NCBI GenBank assembly: GCA_030390025.1
Contig: CM059425.1
Location: 177,942,001 to 178,006,000, forward strand
Source: Squalus acanthias
Lineage: Eukaryota
Length of the DNA: 64,000 nucleotides
Direction of reading: 5' to 3'
Part shown: piece after piece, positions 52,844 to 64,000 of the stretch
How positions within the stretch are numbered: the first letter of the stretch is position 1
Layout of the letters: every line of letters starts with the position of its first letter
Notes under the pieces: generated by a model
The model's database searches: none
The model's input: only the letters and a program-made list of their open reading frames with translations
What the model was told of the DNA's origin: nothing
Position numbers and translations under genes: made by a program

Positions 52844-54414
52844 AGTCCTTGGCTGGAAGATTTAGGCACAGGTCTCTCCAGGCCGAGATTCAAGGCTCCA
52901 ATGAGCAGGGTGTGGCTGGAGTGCAAGATCGACCCTCCCCTTTAAGTACTGTCCAGCGCCAGTGTGTCTGTGTTCCATCGCTAACTGACAGCACCTGCGC
53001 TGTGCCCGCGCTTTGAGTTAGCGCCTCGCTCCTCGGCCTTTGCGCCTTAAGACAGATGTGTAGCGCCTGATTTAGCGCTCCAATCACCTCCAGGGGCAAT
53101 AAAAGTCAAGTTTGCAGTCGGAGGCGATAATTAGCGCCAGGCGCCAATCTTTGCGCCCGGCCAATAATTGCGCCCCAAATGGGGCGATACTGAATTTCTC
53201 CCCCTGCCTCTTTTGTTTCTTTACTTGTCCCATTACCACCCCTTCTGCCTCGCACTATCCTCCCTTTTGCCATTAAAATCATTCCTGCCTTCCAGCCTAT
53301 CACAGACCTCCCCTTTTGTTCTTTCTTCCCCCTCCTTTCCTTGCTAGTATTATATCTACACCAGAACTGCGGTCTATTCCAGCATTTTGCATCATATGTG
53401 AGAATGAAAACTTAAAATTAAAGTTTAAAAAGTGCCCAATTGTCCCATAACTTCTTTCCAACATGACAAGGTTTACTGGCAATCATGGTTAGGTTATTCT
53501 TTAAGACTGAGAAATCTAGGTGAATATTGCAGGACACCATAGAATTGAAATGTAGATATTCGGGATAAAATTAATGAATAGAAAATTATGGGCGGTGTGC
53601 CAGCTTTTTGCCGAAAATTGGCCCTTTTATCTCCCCTTCCATGCCCAGAAGATGATTCCAAGTATTAATCACTCTTTGTGTCAATAATTTCTTCCTTACA
53701 TCAGTCCTGAACTCGCCTGCATCCATAGGTTAAATTCAAATAGTACACTTATTTACATGATACAAATTTATTTAGTTGTGGTCATGTTACTTTACTTTTC
53801 ATGTTCAGGAAGGAGTTGTGTTTACCAGCTAAATGAAATATTGCAGGATGCCTGTTGCTGATAAGCCATGCTCCTATGTGCAACCAAAGGTCTGTTACTC
53901 TAAACTCAATGAAAGATCAACCAGCAATAAAATTATCTGAAGTCAAACAGCTTTGCGTTTGCTTCTAAACGTGCACCAATACTTTCAAGTAATAAAACAT
54001 ATCAAGAAACGTTTATTCCAGAATCAGCAAGTACTATTTGAAATTTAATTTTTATGCACTACAGGGCATACTTAATCTAAACAAGGCACATATGCCCTTT
54101 CATCTGATTTCCCACACTCCACGCGAATCGCTTGTGAAACTGTCTCCAGCCTTTATATTCAAAGTGATCGGAGGCAACTCACAAAGTATTTGAAACCGCT
54201 ACGCTTTGTGCTGCCATTGGTAACATGGATGTTACTGGGCGTTTGACGTGCAGTGTAACCTCACCAAAACTATAGAGATTGCTAGTCAGATGGATATTGG
54301 TCCGAGTGGGATCAGGTTCAGCCCCCTTTCTCAACACGGCAATTTGAGACCTTTAATAAAATGTAAAAATAAAACCAGCGGAGCTGGAGATCAAATAAGG
54401 AGCCGGGACCAAAA

Positions 54415-55031
54415 ATGGGACCGAAGTCTAACTCTGGGTTCTACCTCAGTAGGAAGGCGGTTGTGCTTTTCACCCTCCTCATCTTGGCTTTACTGGTGAT
54501 TTCAACGGTTTTTGCGATTCTTTACGCCAGGCTGAGGACTGAGAAAACTGAGGAGATCTTCCCGACGAGCTGGGAGCCCCCTAGCCCCAGCTCGATACCC
54601 ACCGGTACTACCCGGTGGGGGCTGTGGAACAACTCCCGGTTACCAACCAATCTCATCCCCAGCCTTTACCAGTTGGAGCTGTGGCCACGGCTGGTGCCCG
54701 GGCAGGACGAACCCTACTCTTTTATCGGCCAGGTCAATGTGACAGTGATGTGTCGAGAGGAGACCTCGATCATCCTGATTCACAGCCATCGCCTCGATTA
54801 CTCCGGGGTGACGGTCACGGCTACCGGGAGCCCTCGCGGTGTTGAGCTTCGCCCCACTCCGGACATTCAGGACACTTGGCTTGAACTTGAGAACCAGTAC
54901 CTGGTGATCGAACTGGACGGCAAACTGGTGCCAGGACAGGAGTACATCATCCAAACCAACTACAGCGGGCAGCTGAAGGAGACGGCATCGGGACTTTTCA
55001 TCAGTTCCTACTCGGAGTGGGGCATCAACAA
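54415..55031 (+). CDS. LVRN: First coding exon of a type II membrane M1 aminopeptidase, most similar to laeverin/aminopeptidase Q
   Basis: MGPKSNSGFYLSRK + signal anchor + WNNSRLPTNLIPSLYQLELWPRL...FIGQVNVTVMC...ILIHS...NQYLVIELDGKL...GLFISSY; resembles LVRN N-terminus as I recall it (MGPPSSSGFYVSR; RLP..L.P..Y.LELWP.L); phase-2 donor aa|gtaagt. An ANPEP-like paralogue is not excluded. Confidence 0.85.
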
Positions 55032-58000
55032 GTAAGTGAGAGAGTTTAGAAAGTACAAGTTTGGGAAGTCTGGGCAGATCTCAGTGAGCGGGCGCGCTTC
55101 CCAACAAGCAATATTAAAGGGTCTTCTCTTTCTTTAAGGAACACGTTGGATGTTTGGCTTTTCTTGATCTTTATGGCTTTCTTTTCGCTTGTACTATGGC
55201 TCCTCGTGTATCGGATAGCCTCTCGAATCGAATTCATAAATGCTGAGTTAGAATTCCCCCGAGAGATCTGCGCGTTCTAAAGTTGCTGAGCTGAGGGAGG
55301 GAGGCGGTTTCGTTTTCTTGACTTCTTTCAGTGCAGTTTTAATAAAATGCGTTTGGATGCACATGCTCTCAATTAACATTGTACTGCTTTGAATTTATAG
55401 GTTGAAGTCCAATTGGCCTGTTTTAGTGCAATGCACAGCACCGTGTTGGTCAGACACGCACCATGCAGTTTTTAACATTTCTCCCCGAGTGCCAGTGTTA
55501 TGTCATATTTCGTACAGGAACTCAGCAATAATTTCCTTATTCACTACCCACTTGGAAGAAAAAGAAATGTGCCTTTGCCATAAAACTGTTCATTAAAAAA
55601 AATTACGGGCAGCAATCATCCCGGCTGCTAAAGCAACTTATTTCGGTAATGTTATCTGGTTTTTATAGCTTAAAGTTTAACTGTGCAGCTTGAGTCGCTG
55701 AAAGCATATACTTCAACACAAAATACCTTTGAACAAGGGAACTTTTGTGAGAAAAAGTTTCCAACCATACACATACAATTTTTGACCTCCAGCTCCCTTT
55801 CTGGCATTCACATTCACACAGCTTATATTTATTGTGCTTGGTGTGACCTCTGGGAGTATCTGAGACTAAACAGCATTGCCATATGGACAGCAAAGCGAAG
55901 CGAATAGTGCGAGCGCACCCCTTAGTATTAAGTTCATTCGTCGAACCTGATGAGTGTTTGGGTTCAGAGAGGGACTTATAAAGAAGAGAAGTGACATTTC
56001 ACTCAAAGAATGATAAGCTTTGTCTGAATTTAGTCCCTTTTCACTTATTTATGTCTTTGACTAACTTAGAGTTAGATACATTTCCTCAGTATGTTTTTAA
56101 TCACCTCCTGTGTGTTGTAACTGTTCCTGCTACTTTTACTAACATTAACCATTCCAAGAAATATATCTTTTTGCTGCCAATTTATTTTTGTCTAGCCCTA
56201 AGGATTCCAAGTTAATCGCAATTTCAATTCTATTTTGTTGTATTAAAACTTTGTCCATATCGACGGGCTTTATCCAATTTGTTTTAGTACTTACATAGAA
56301 CTGTTTGCATTTTAGCCATACTCGAGTGATGACAATCCATGCAGAATTAGCATGGACCTATCATTTTCTGACTGAAGGGAGAAAACACTTTAGAGATGCC
56401 AATATCATTTAATAAATCTAGTATCTGAAACTTTAAAAGGGGACAGAATTTGGTTGTTTCCCTGTGCCTAATCATTTTTGATACTATCTTAAAGAGTGGT
56501 ATAGTCCATTGATGCCCTGGATCTTGGGGAAGCTATCATTTTGAGGCACATTCACTGCTTCTAGTCCTGTTGCTGGTCAGACAACAAGTCATGCACCAAC
56601 AACTACAATTATCAACAACTCATAATTATCACTATTTAAACACTGACTATACAAACAATTAATAGGCAGAAACAATTGTAGACAGGGTCATTTAGCAATT
56701 TGAATAACAAGTAATTAATAAAATAAGAGGTTATAAAGGCAGCTCTGTGTATCACCGTCATTCAGCATTAACTGGATTGCTGAATATTAAATTATAGTAT
56801 GTGTCTGAAACTACTGCAAATTGGTGAGACTACTCCAGAAGTTAACTCCTTAGTTGCTGACAAATTAACAGCATTAGATAGCCAGTCTATTGAATAGATT
56901 AGAGCCTATTCGCAGGTGGTTAGCAATATTCTCAGAGCTTGTACGACCTTGTCCTTATAAGCAGCATTGTTCAGTTGATCTTCTTCCTCCCATGGATTGA
57001 CAGTATTAGCTTCTGGAATATCGAATTGATGAGGTCCTACAGTGGTGGAGCTATCTGTTCCACTCAGATCCTCCATTCTGGCTGAATTCACCTTATGCAT
57101 GGTGACTGTATCTGAGATAGCTGACTTAACACTCACTTTCCTTGATCTCTGACAACTTGTACAATTAAGTGAGACACTTATCGCTGCCTGTAACTGATTG
57201 ATATAGCCGTACAATGTGACTTATATAAAACCTCTAACTCTCTGTTATAAATATATTTTGTACTTGTAATGGTATCCTTCTACATATGCTGGATAAAGAT
57301 TACTGCAGAAAAAGACTAGAGAAGACAAAGAGAATCTTCTAACTAACAAAGAGGGCTTTCATCTAATGAAGACAAAGACAGTCTGCCAAGAAGTGTGTCA
57401 GGCACCCGAAATTAAAAGAAAACCCCTATTTTTCCATTCAATTGACCTGGGTGACATATATATCCAAACATATCTTTCTACCAGTCACATAAGTGTCCTG
57501 GAAGATGTCAAAGTTAATGAGGCATAGATGCCTAGGCATATCAAATTCCACTTTCACTCATCTAACTTCTCAATCTTGCTTTTAACAAAGGGACTTACAC
57601 AGGACCAGATAAGGCATGGGATATTTATGTCCCACTAGCGAGTTATTCCTGAGCTCAGCTCTTAATGCTAGCCTCTTATCACTGGTAAGGAATGTTTGTT
57701 CAAATCAACCTTCATGGTCTTAATTATTTTTGATTTCCCAGCATTCAGTTTAACAATTTTGTGCGACCACCTTTAAGCTGAATCTCAATTTTGAGAAAAC
57801 ATCTTGGCAATTTACAAAAGGTTTTTCCTACAGTGATGAAAATGGAAGGGAAGTTCCTGCAACTGCACAGCATGAGGAGGGTGTATTAGTAGGGGCGAAG
57901 TTGGATCACGACAGTGAGCAGCCAGAGAAAGGAGGACACGACTTATAGTTCTGTGCTTTCAATGAATAAAAGTTGACATACCAAATAATTTCACTTCGTA

Positions 58001-58889
58001 TCTGCTTATTCTCCCCACCCTCACAAAGTCTGTCACAATCAAAGTTTTCGCCCAAGTTTCTATATAAAGCCCCTTATAATAAGCCTCCTCCCAAAAGTTG
58101 CAAGCATACACAGAAATTAACTCAGAACTTTATGTGCTAAAGTTGTGTTTATTCTCATAACAACATTAATTCAAAGGTGCTAGAAAATCTATTCACCCTA
58201 ACACAACTACTTCTTACCACTGTGTCTCCCCTTTATGTCAACTAACTCACTCGGTCTATCTCCTAGTCTAATACTTCTACAAGATGCTCCCTGAGTGAGA
58301 TAGTTTGGTAGATGGGTGGCTGGGATGGTTTGCCTAGAGCCTCAGAGTTGATGCTTGTTGCAGGAAGTAGCTGTCCCAGAGAGACCAAAATCAGACTCAC
58401 TGGGGCCTCAATTCCTTAACATCCCAGACGGGGCATGATTCCGGTGGTGCGCAGCAATGGTGCCCCGGAACGGAGAGGCCTGAGGACCAACGTAAATTTG
58501 TCCTCATCAAAATAAATCAGGCAAACTGCATAGCCTCGACACAGCTCACCTGTCGGGCCTTTACAAATTTTGTCTCACACTGAGGCCCAGAGATAAGCCC
58601 AGGGGTGGGGAGGTGATTGGAAAGGGGACAAGTGCTGGTGGGTAGCGGCCCGCAGTTGTTTTGTGGAGCACGCCTGTTTCTTCCATCTCCACAAAATGTT
58701 GAAAACATTACAAAAGTCAGTGATTGAAGTAGAAACTATATCTATATTTGAAAATAGGTTAGATAGGTGGTGGAAAGAAAGGGAAATAAAGGGACATGGG
58801 AACAGGTTAGGCACATGGGATTAGGACTACTACTCACACAGAGGATAAACACGAACACAGTCTGGTTGGGTAGAATGGCCTGTTTCGGT

Positions 58890-59325
58890 GCTGTAGCTCA
58901 GTTGGTAGCACCCTTGCCTCTGAGGCAGAAGGTTGTGGGTTCAAGTCCCACTCCAGAGGCTTGAGCACAAAAATCTAGGCTGACACCCCAGTGCAGTACT
59001 GAGGGAGTGCTGCACTGTCGGAGGTGTAGTCTTTTGGATGAGCCGTTAAACCGAGGACCCGTCTGCTCTCTCAGGTGGACGTAAAAGATCCCATGGCACT
59101 ATTTGGATGAAGAGCAATATTTATTTCTCAATCAACATCACTAAACAGATTATCTGGTCATTATCACATTGCTGTCTGTGGGTGTTTGCTGCATGCAAAT
59201 TGGCTGCTGCGTTTCCTACATTACAACAGTGACTACACTTCAGTAAGTACTTCATTGGCAGTAAAGCACTTTGGGACATCCAGTGGTGTGAAAGGTGCTA
59301 TATAAATGCAAGTCTTTCTTTCTTT
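58890..59325 (+). mobile_element. tRNA-derived DeuSINE (SacSINE1-like)
   Basis: A box tagctcagttgg, B box ggttcaagtcc, Deu-domain-like 'cagtgcagtactgagggagtgctgcactgtcggagg...taaaagatcccatggcactattt', (tctt)n end. Confidence 0.85.
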
Positions 59326-60620
59326 GTAATTCCAGCAGCCTTTCTCTTGCAAAGGAAAGGGGTGTTGGATCCATGTCAGAAACTTCTTCATGTGCAGGCA
59401 TTGGAGTGGCCTTTAGGAAATAGGCACAATGTCATTATTCGGAAAGAGAGCGGCATCTATGACCAATCCTTGCAGCAAACTGGTGCTGGACACAAGCTCA
59501 GAGGTACTGCTACTGGTTAGTGTCATCCCAGATATAATAGTCCCCATCAGGTCTTGGTAGGAAGAAATAGAAAAACAGAATATTTTTTAAACGGTGAGAA
59601 ACTTTCAAATGTTGGTGTTCAGGTCTATGAAAGTGCACTGTTCAGTGCATCTATTGCAGCACTGTTAGCAGCCACTTCAAAAGCCACCGATGTCCTTAGA
59701 AGCTGTTCCTGGTATCTTGATGCCACAGAAGTATCCTGAACTGTCATGATCTCCAGGTTATTAACATAAGAACATAAGAAATAAGAGCAGGAGTAGGCCA
59801 TACGGTCCCTCAAGCCTGCTTCGCCATTCAATAAAATCATGGCTGATCATCAACCTCAACTCCACTTTCCCGCCCGATCTCCATATCCCTTGATTCCCCT
59901 AAAGTCCAAAAATCTATCTATCTCAGCCTTGAATATACTCAAAGACTTGGCATTCACAGCCCTCTGGGGCAGAGAATTCCAAAGATTCACAACCCTCTGA
60001 GAGAAGAAATTCCTCCTCATCTCAGTCTTAAATGGCCTACCCCTTATCCTGAGACTATGCCCCCAAGCTCTAGACACTCCAGCCAGGGGAAACAACCTCT
60101 CAGCATCTACCCTGTCAATCCCCTTCAGAATCTTGTATGTTTCAATGAGATCACCTCTCATTCTTCTAAACTCCAGAGAGTATAGGCCCATTCTACACAA
60201 TCTCTCATCATAGGACAGCCCTCTCATCCCAGGAATCAATCTAGTCAATCTTCGTTGCACCGCCTCCAAGGCAAGTATATCCTTCCTTAGAGAAGGAGAC
60301 CAGGTGTGGTATCACCAAGGCCCTGTACAATTGTAGCAAGACTTCCTTACTCCTATACTCCAACCCCCTTGCAATAAAGCCCAACATGCCATTTGCCTTC
60401 CTTATTGATGCTGTACCTGCATGCTAGCTTTCTGTGTTTCTTGCACGAGGACATCCAAATCTCTCTGAACACCAACATTTGAAAGTTTCTCACCGTTTAA
60501 AAAATATTCTGTTTTTCTATTCTTCCTACCAAAGTGAATAACCTCACATTTCCCTACATTATACTCCATCTGCCACCTTACTGCCGACTCACTTAGTCTA
60601 TATCCCTTTGCAGACTCTTT

Positions 60621-61417
60621 GGGGGAAAAATTCAGTTGGTTGCGCCTCCCGTTAGCGCCTTAAGAGGGCGCTAATGGGGCGCAAAGCATCGAGCACCCAG
60701 GTGCGGCGATGTTTGCGCCACTCGTGAAATTAACTAGACATTTTGCGGCGGCGCTAAACACTACCGCCACGATCTCTTGCACCGGCAGATCGTGACGTCA
60801 GTCGAGTGCGCAACGCCCCGGTATCGTCCCGGAGCAGATATTGAGTGGCGCCCCCTGCCTTACCACCTGACGCTAGCAACGACAGGTTGAGGGGAGCATT
60901 TTGCAGTCATGAAGGGACTGGGGGAGCGCTATTTAAAGGCGACCGCTTCCTGCCTTTTATTGTTGGTGCCATTTTTGAACCATGCATTCTGAGAGAGAGA
61001 GAGAGAGAGACTTCTGGAGAGATTCAACGCTGTGTGAAGGAGTTTTGGGTACTGAGCAGCACTTTGCAGGTTCATTTTGATTTGCCATTCCTTGTATCGA
61101 TTTAGAAGAGACTGTGGGGGCTGCACTCTAAGCTCTTTCCCTGGTACTCTTCATTGTTCTTTCCAGCAGATTTGATGTGCAGGTGTTCCATTGCTGACTG
61201 ACATCACTTGAGCTTCGCCAGCGCTCTGAGGTAACGCCTCGCTCCTCGGCCTTTGCGCCTTAAGACAGGTGTGAAGCGCCTGATTTAGCGCTCCAATCAC
61301 CTCCAGGGGCGATAAAAGTCAAGTTTGCAGTCGGTGGCGATAATTAGCGCCAGGCGCTAATCTTTGCGCCCGGCCGATAATTGCGCCCCAAATGGGGCGA
61401 TACTGAATTTCTCCCCC
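60621..61417 (+). mobile_element. Internally deleted non-autonomous relative of the 47260-53204 Harbinger
   Basis: Same TIRs and subterminal sequence at both ends; no clean TSD. Confidence 0.92.
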
Positions 61418-61711
61418 ACGTGTTCTCCTCACAGCTTACTGTCCCATCTAGCTTTGTATCATCAGCAAACTTGGATACATTACACTCGGTCCCTTCACCA
61501 AGGTCATTAATATAGATTGTAAATAGCTGAGGCCCCAACACAGCCTGCCAACCTGAAAAAGATCCGTTTATCCCTACTCTCTGTTTTCTGTCTGTTAACC
61601 AATCCTCTATCCATGCTACTATATTACCCCCAACCCCATGAGCCCTAATCTTGTGTAATAACTTTTTATGTGGCACCTTATCGAATGCCTTTTGGAAATC
61701 CAAATATACTA

Positions 61712-62075
61712 CAGGAAACTCTTTATTAACCGGCACCGACGGGACCGGCGTGGTGCCGGTTAATCAAAAAGTCCGGATAATGGAGAGTTGTATCTCCCAA
61801 CGTACGAGAGCCCTGTACACATTGACATGCGCCTGCATTCAGAGCTCCATCTCCCCGGGGACCGCCAGCTGACCATCTGTCGTGTCCGCTGCCTACCCGG
61901 GCTGCACATTCCCCTCCCAATCTACATGCTCCGATACAAGGCAAACGCCTCGGGGTTTTTTTTAAAGTTAATTTTAAACGAGCGATGAAGGAAAACCCCG
62001 GTTACCTACTCAAGAATTTTGCCGGTTAAGAGAGATTTCCGGATATTTGGGTGCCGGTTAATAAAGAGTTTCCTG
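61712..62075. mobile_element. Tc1/mariner (pogo/Tigger-like) MITE
   Basis: Perfect 26-bp TIRs caggaaactctttattaaccggcacc, TA duplication; removal restores CR1 'aaatatactacatccactgg'. Confidence 0.92.
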
Positions 62076-64000
62076 TACATCCACTGGTTCCCCTTTATCT
62101 AACCTGCTAGTTACATCCTCAAAAAACTTTAATAAATTTGTCAAACTCGATTTCCCTTTCATAAAACCATGTTGACTCTGCCTAATCATGTTATGATTTT
62201 CTAAGTGCCCTGATACCACTTCTTTAACAATGGATTCCAGCATTTTCCCAACGACTGATGTCAGGCTAACTGGCCTGTAGTTCCCTGTTTTCTCTCTCCC
62301 TCCTTTCTTGAATCGCGATGTTACATTTGCGACCTACCAATCCGCTGGGACCATTCTAAAATCTAGGGAATTTTGGAAGATCAAAACCAATGCATCCACT
62401 CTCTCTTCAGCCACCTCTTTTAGAACCAGGGGATTTGTCGGCTTTTAGTCCCATTAGTTTCTCTAGTACTTTTTCTCTACTTATATTAATTACGTTAAGT
62501 TCATCACCATCATTAGACCCTTGGTTCCCCACCATTTTTGGTATGCTTTTTGTGTCTTCTACTGTGAAGAAAGATACAAAATATTTGTTTAACGTTTCTG
62601 CCATTTCCTTATTCCCCATAATAATTACTCCTGTCTCAGCCTCTAAGGGACCAACATTTACTTTTGCTACTCTCTTCATTTTTACATACTTGTAGAAGCT
62701 CTTACAATCTGCTTTTATATTTCTTGCTAGTTTTCTCTCATATTCTATTTTTTCCCTTTTTATCAATTTTTTGGTCAGCCTTTGCTGTTTTCTGAAACTC
62801 TCCCAATCCTCTGGCTTACTATTATTCTTTGCTACATTATAAGCTTCTTCTTTCAATCTAATGCTATCCTTAACTTCTTTAGTTAGCCACGGTTGGAAAA
62901 CTTTTCCTGTGGAGTTTTTGTTTCTCAATGGAATGTATTTTTGTTGAGAATTATGAAATATTGCTTTAAATATCTGCTTATCTACCGCCATACCTTTTAA
63001 TCTATTTTTCCAATCTACCTTAGCCAACTCACCCCTCATACCTATGTAATTGGCTTTATTTAAGTTTAAGATTCTAGTTTCAGACTTAGACAAGTCACTC
63101 TCAAAATTAACGTGAAATTCTATCATATTTTGATTACTCTGCCCCAGAGCATCCTTTACTATGAGGTTGCTAATTAACCCTGTCTCATTACACAATACAA
63201 GATCTAAAATAGCCTGATCCCTGGTTGGTTCCATGACATATTGTTCTAGGAAACTGTCCCAAATGCATTCCATGAACTCGTTCTCCAGACTACCTTTGCC
63301 AATTTGATTTGTCTAGTCTATATGAAGATTAAAGTCCCCCAAGATTATTGCATTACCTTTGTTGCAAGCTCCTACTATTTCTTGCTTAATATTCTGTCCA
63401 ATGGTATAGCCACTGTTAGGGGGCCTATATACTACTCCTACCAATGTTTTCTGCCCCTTGTCATTCCTTATCTCCATCCATACTGATTCTACTTCCTGAT
63501 CTTCCGAGCCAAGATCCTTTCTCGCTACTGTCCTTATGTCATCCTTTATTATCAGAGCTACTCCCCCTTCTTTTCCATTCTGCCTGTCTTTTCAAAACGT
63601 CAAGTACCCTGGAACATTTAGTTCCCAACCTTGGCCACCTTGCAACCACGTCTCTGTAATGGCTATTAGATCAAACCCATTTATTTCTATTTGTGCCACA
63701 AGGTCATCTATCTTGTTACGAATGCTTCGTGCATTCAGATAAAGAGCCTTTAATTTAAATGTTTTACCATTATTCCCTGCTTTGACCTTATTCTCTGCTG
63801 CACTGCTACCATTAAACTCTCTGTCCCATCCTGTCACACTCTGCTTATTTTTACCCACATCGCTACACAGCTCTATTGCCTTGACCTTTCTCTTTAGATT
63901 TCTAAATTTCCCCTCACCTGACCCTTCCCCCCTCTTTTCTAGTTTAAAGCCCTATCTACAGCCCTAGTTATTCGATTCACCAGGACGAAACAGCTCCCTC

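Larger units (their letters stand above)
47260..53204 (+). mobile_element. Full-length PIF/Harbinger transposon
   Basis: 16-bp TIRs gggggaaaaattcagt / actgaatttctccccc (one mismatch), 3-bp TSD 'tgc', convergent transposase and Myb/SANT genes. Confidence 0.95.
45198..53208. mobile_element. Unclassified ~2.1-kb insertion with 9-bp TSD and imperfect short TIRs (split near its right end by the Harbinger)
   Basis: TSD 'tcttttgtt' at 45189-45197 and 53209-53217; left end 'ctgagtgattatttgcaa' vs right end (Harbinger removed, reverse complement) 'ggcagtgtttatttgcaa'. Confidence 0.65.
43356..53344 (-). mobile_element. Penelope-like retroelement insertion (RT/GIY-YIG remnant at 43356-~45030 plus inverted terminal copy at ~45085-45197 and 53209-53344), hosting nested elements
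   Basis: GDHFAEHLCSVR...LPVACHFNS...EEQHFIFRLGTLQSSGLNIEFNNF (GIY-YIG C-terminus) and DRVPLVLTFHP; 16-bp TSD 'tagtattatatctaca' at 43340-43355 and 53345-53360. Confidence 0.85.
59765..63990 (-). mobile_element. CR1 LINE covering all of ORF2 (APE + RT) and the end of ORF1, decayed, with two MITE insertions
   Basis: LYLNARSIRNK...IAITETWL (APE), ILDLVLCNE, QHGFMKGKS, YLDFQKAFDKVPH, FADDTK, C-terminal ORF 59856-60269, (cataagaa)n tail. Confidence 0.93.

Noticed and set aside
1..54400. Exons of AP3S1, the upstream neighbour of LVRN in human
   Set aside because: I found no AP3S1-like peptide by eye or in the ORF track; short exons could have been missed.
58890..58960. tRNA-like sequence (also 5556-5630)
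   Set aside because: SINE heads continuous with SINE bodies, not tRNA genes.

Overview
Eukaryotic, repeat-dense DNA, most likely from a cartilaginous fish (shark), judging from an HE1/V-SINE, SacSINE1-like DeuSINEs and shark-type CR1 LINEs. The only host gene I can support is the first coding exon of an M1 aminopeptidase, most like laeverin/aminopeptidase Q (LVRN; 54415-55031, +), followed by intron 1. The rest is mostly mobile DNA: many CR1 copies, a second LINE family, two large PIF/Harbinger transposons (transposase plus spliced Myb/SANT gene), many Harbinger-type MITEs, a Tigger-like MITE, two ~1.65-kb solo LTRs, a Penelope-like element and G-rich minisatellites. The most striking structure is a 10-kb four-level nested insertion just upstream of LVRN (43356-53344), each level with its own target-site duplication: Penelope-like (16 bp) > unclassified element carrying promoter-like motifs and a C2H2 zinc-finger fragment (9 bp) > Harbinger (3 bp) > solo LTR (4 bp). 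All calls were made by eye; no database searches were run.
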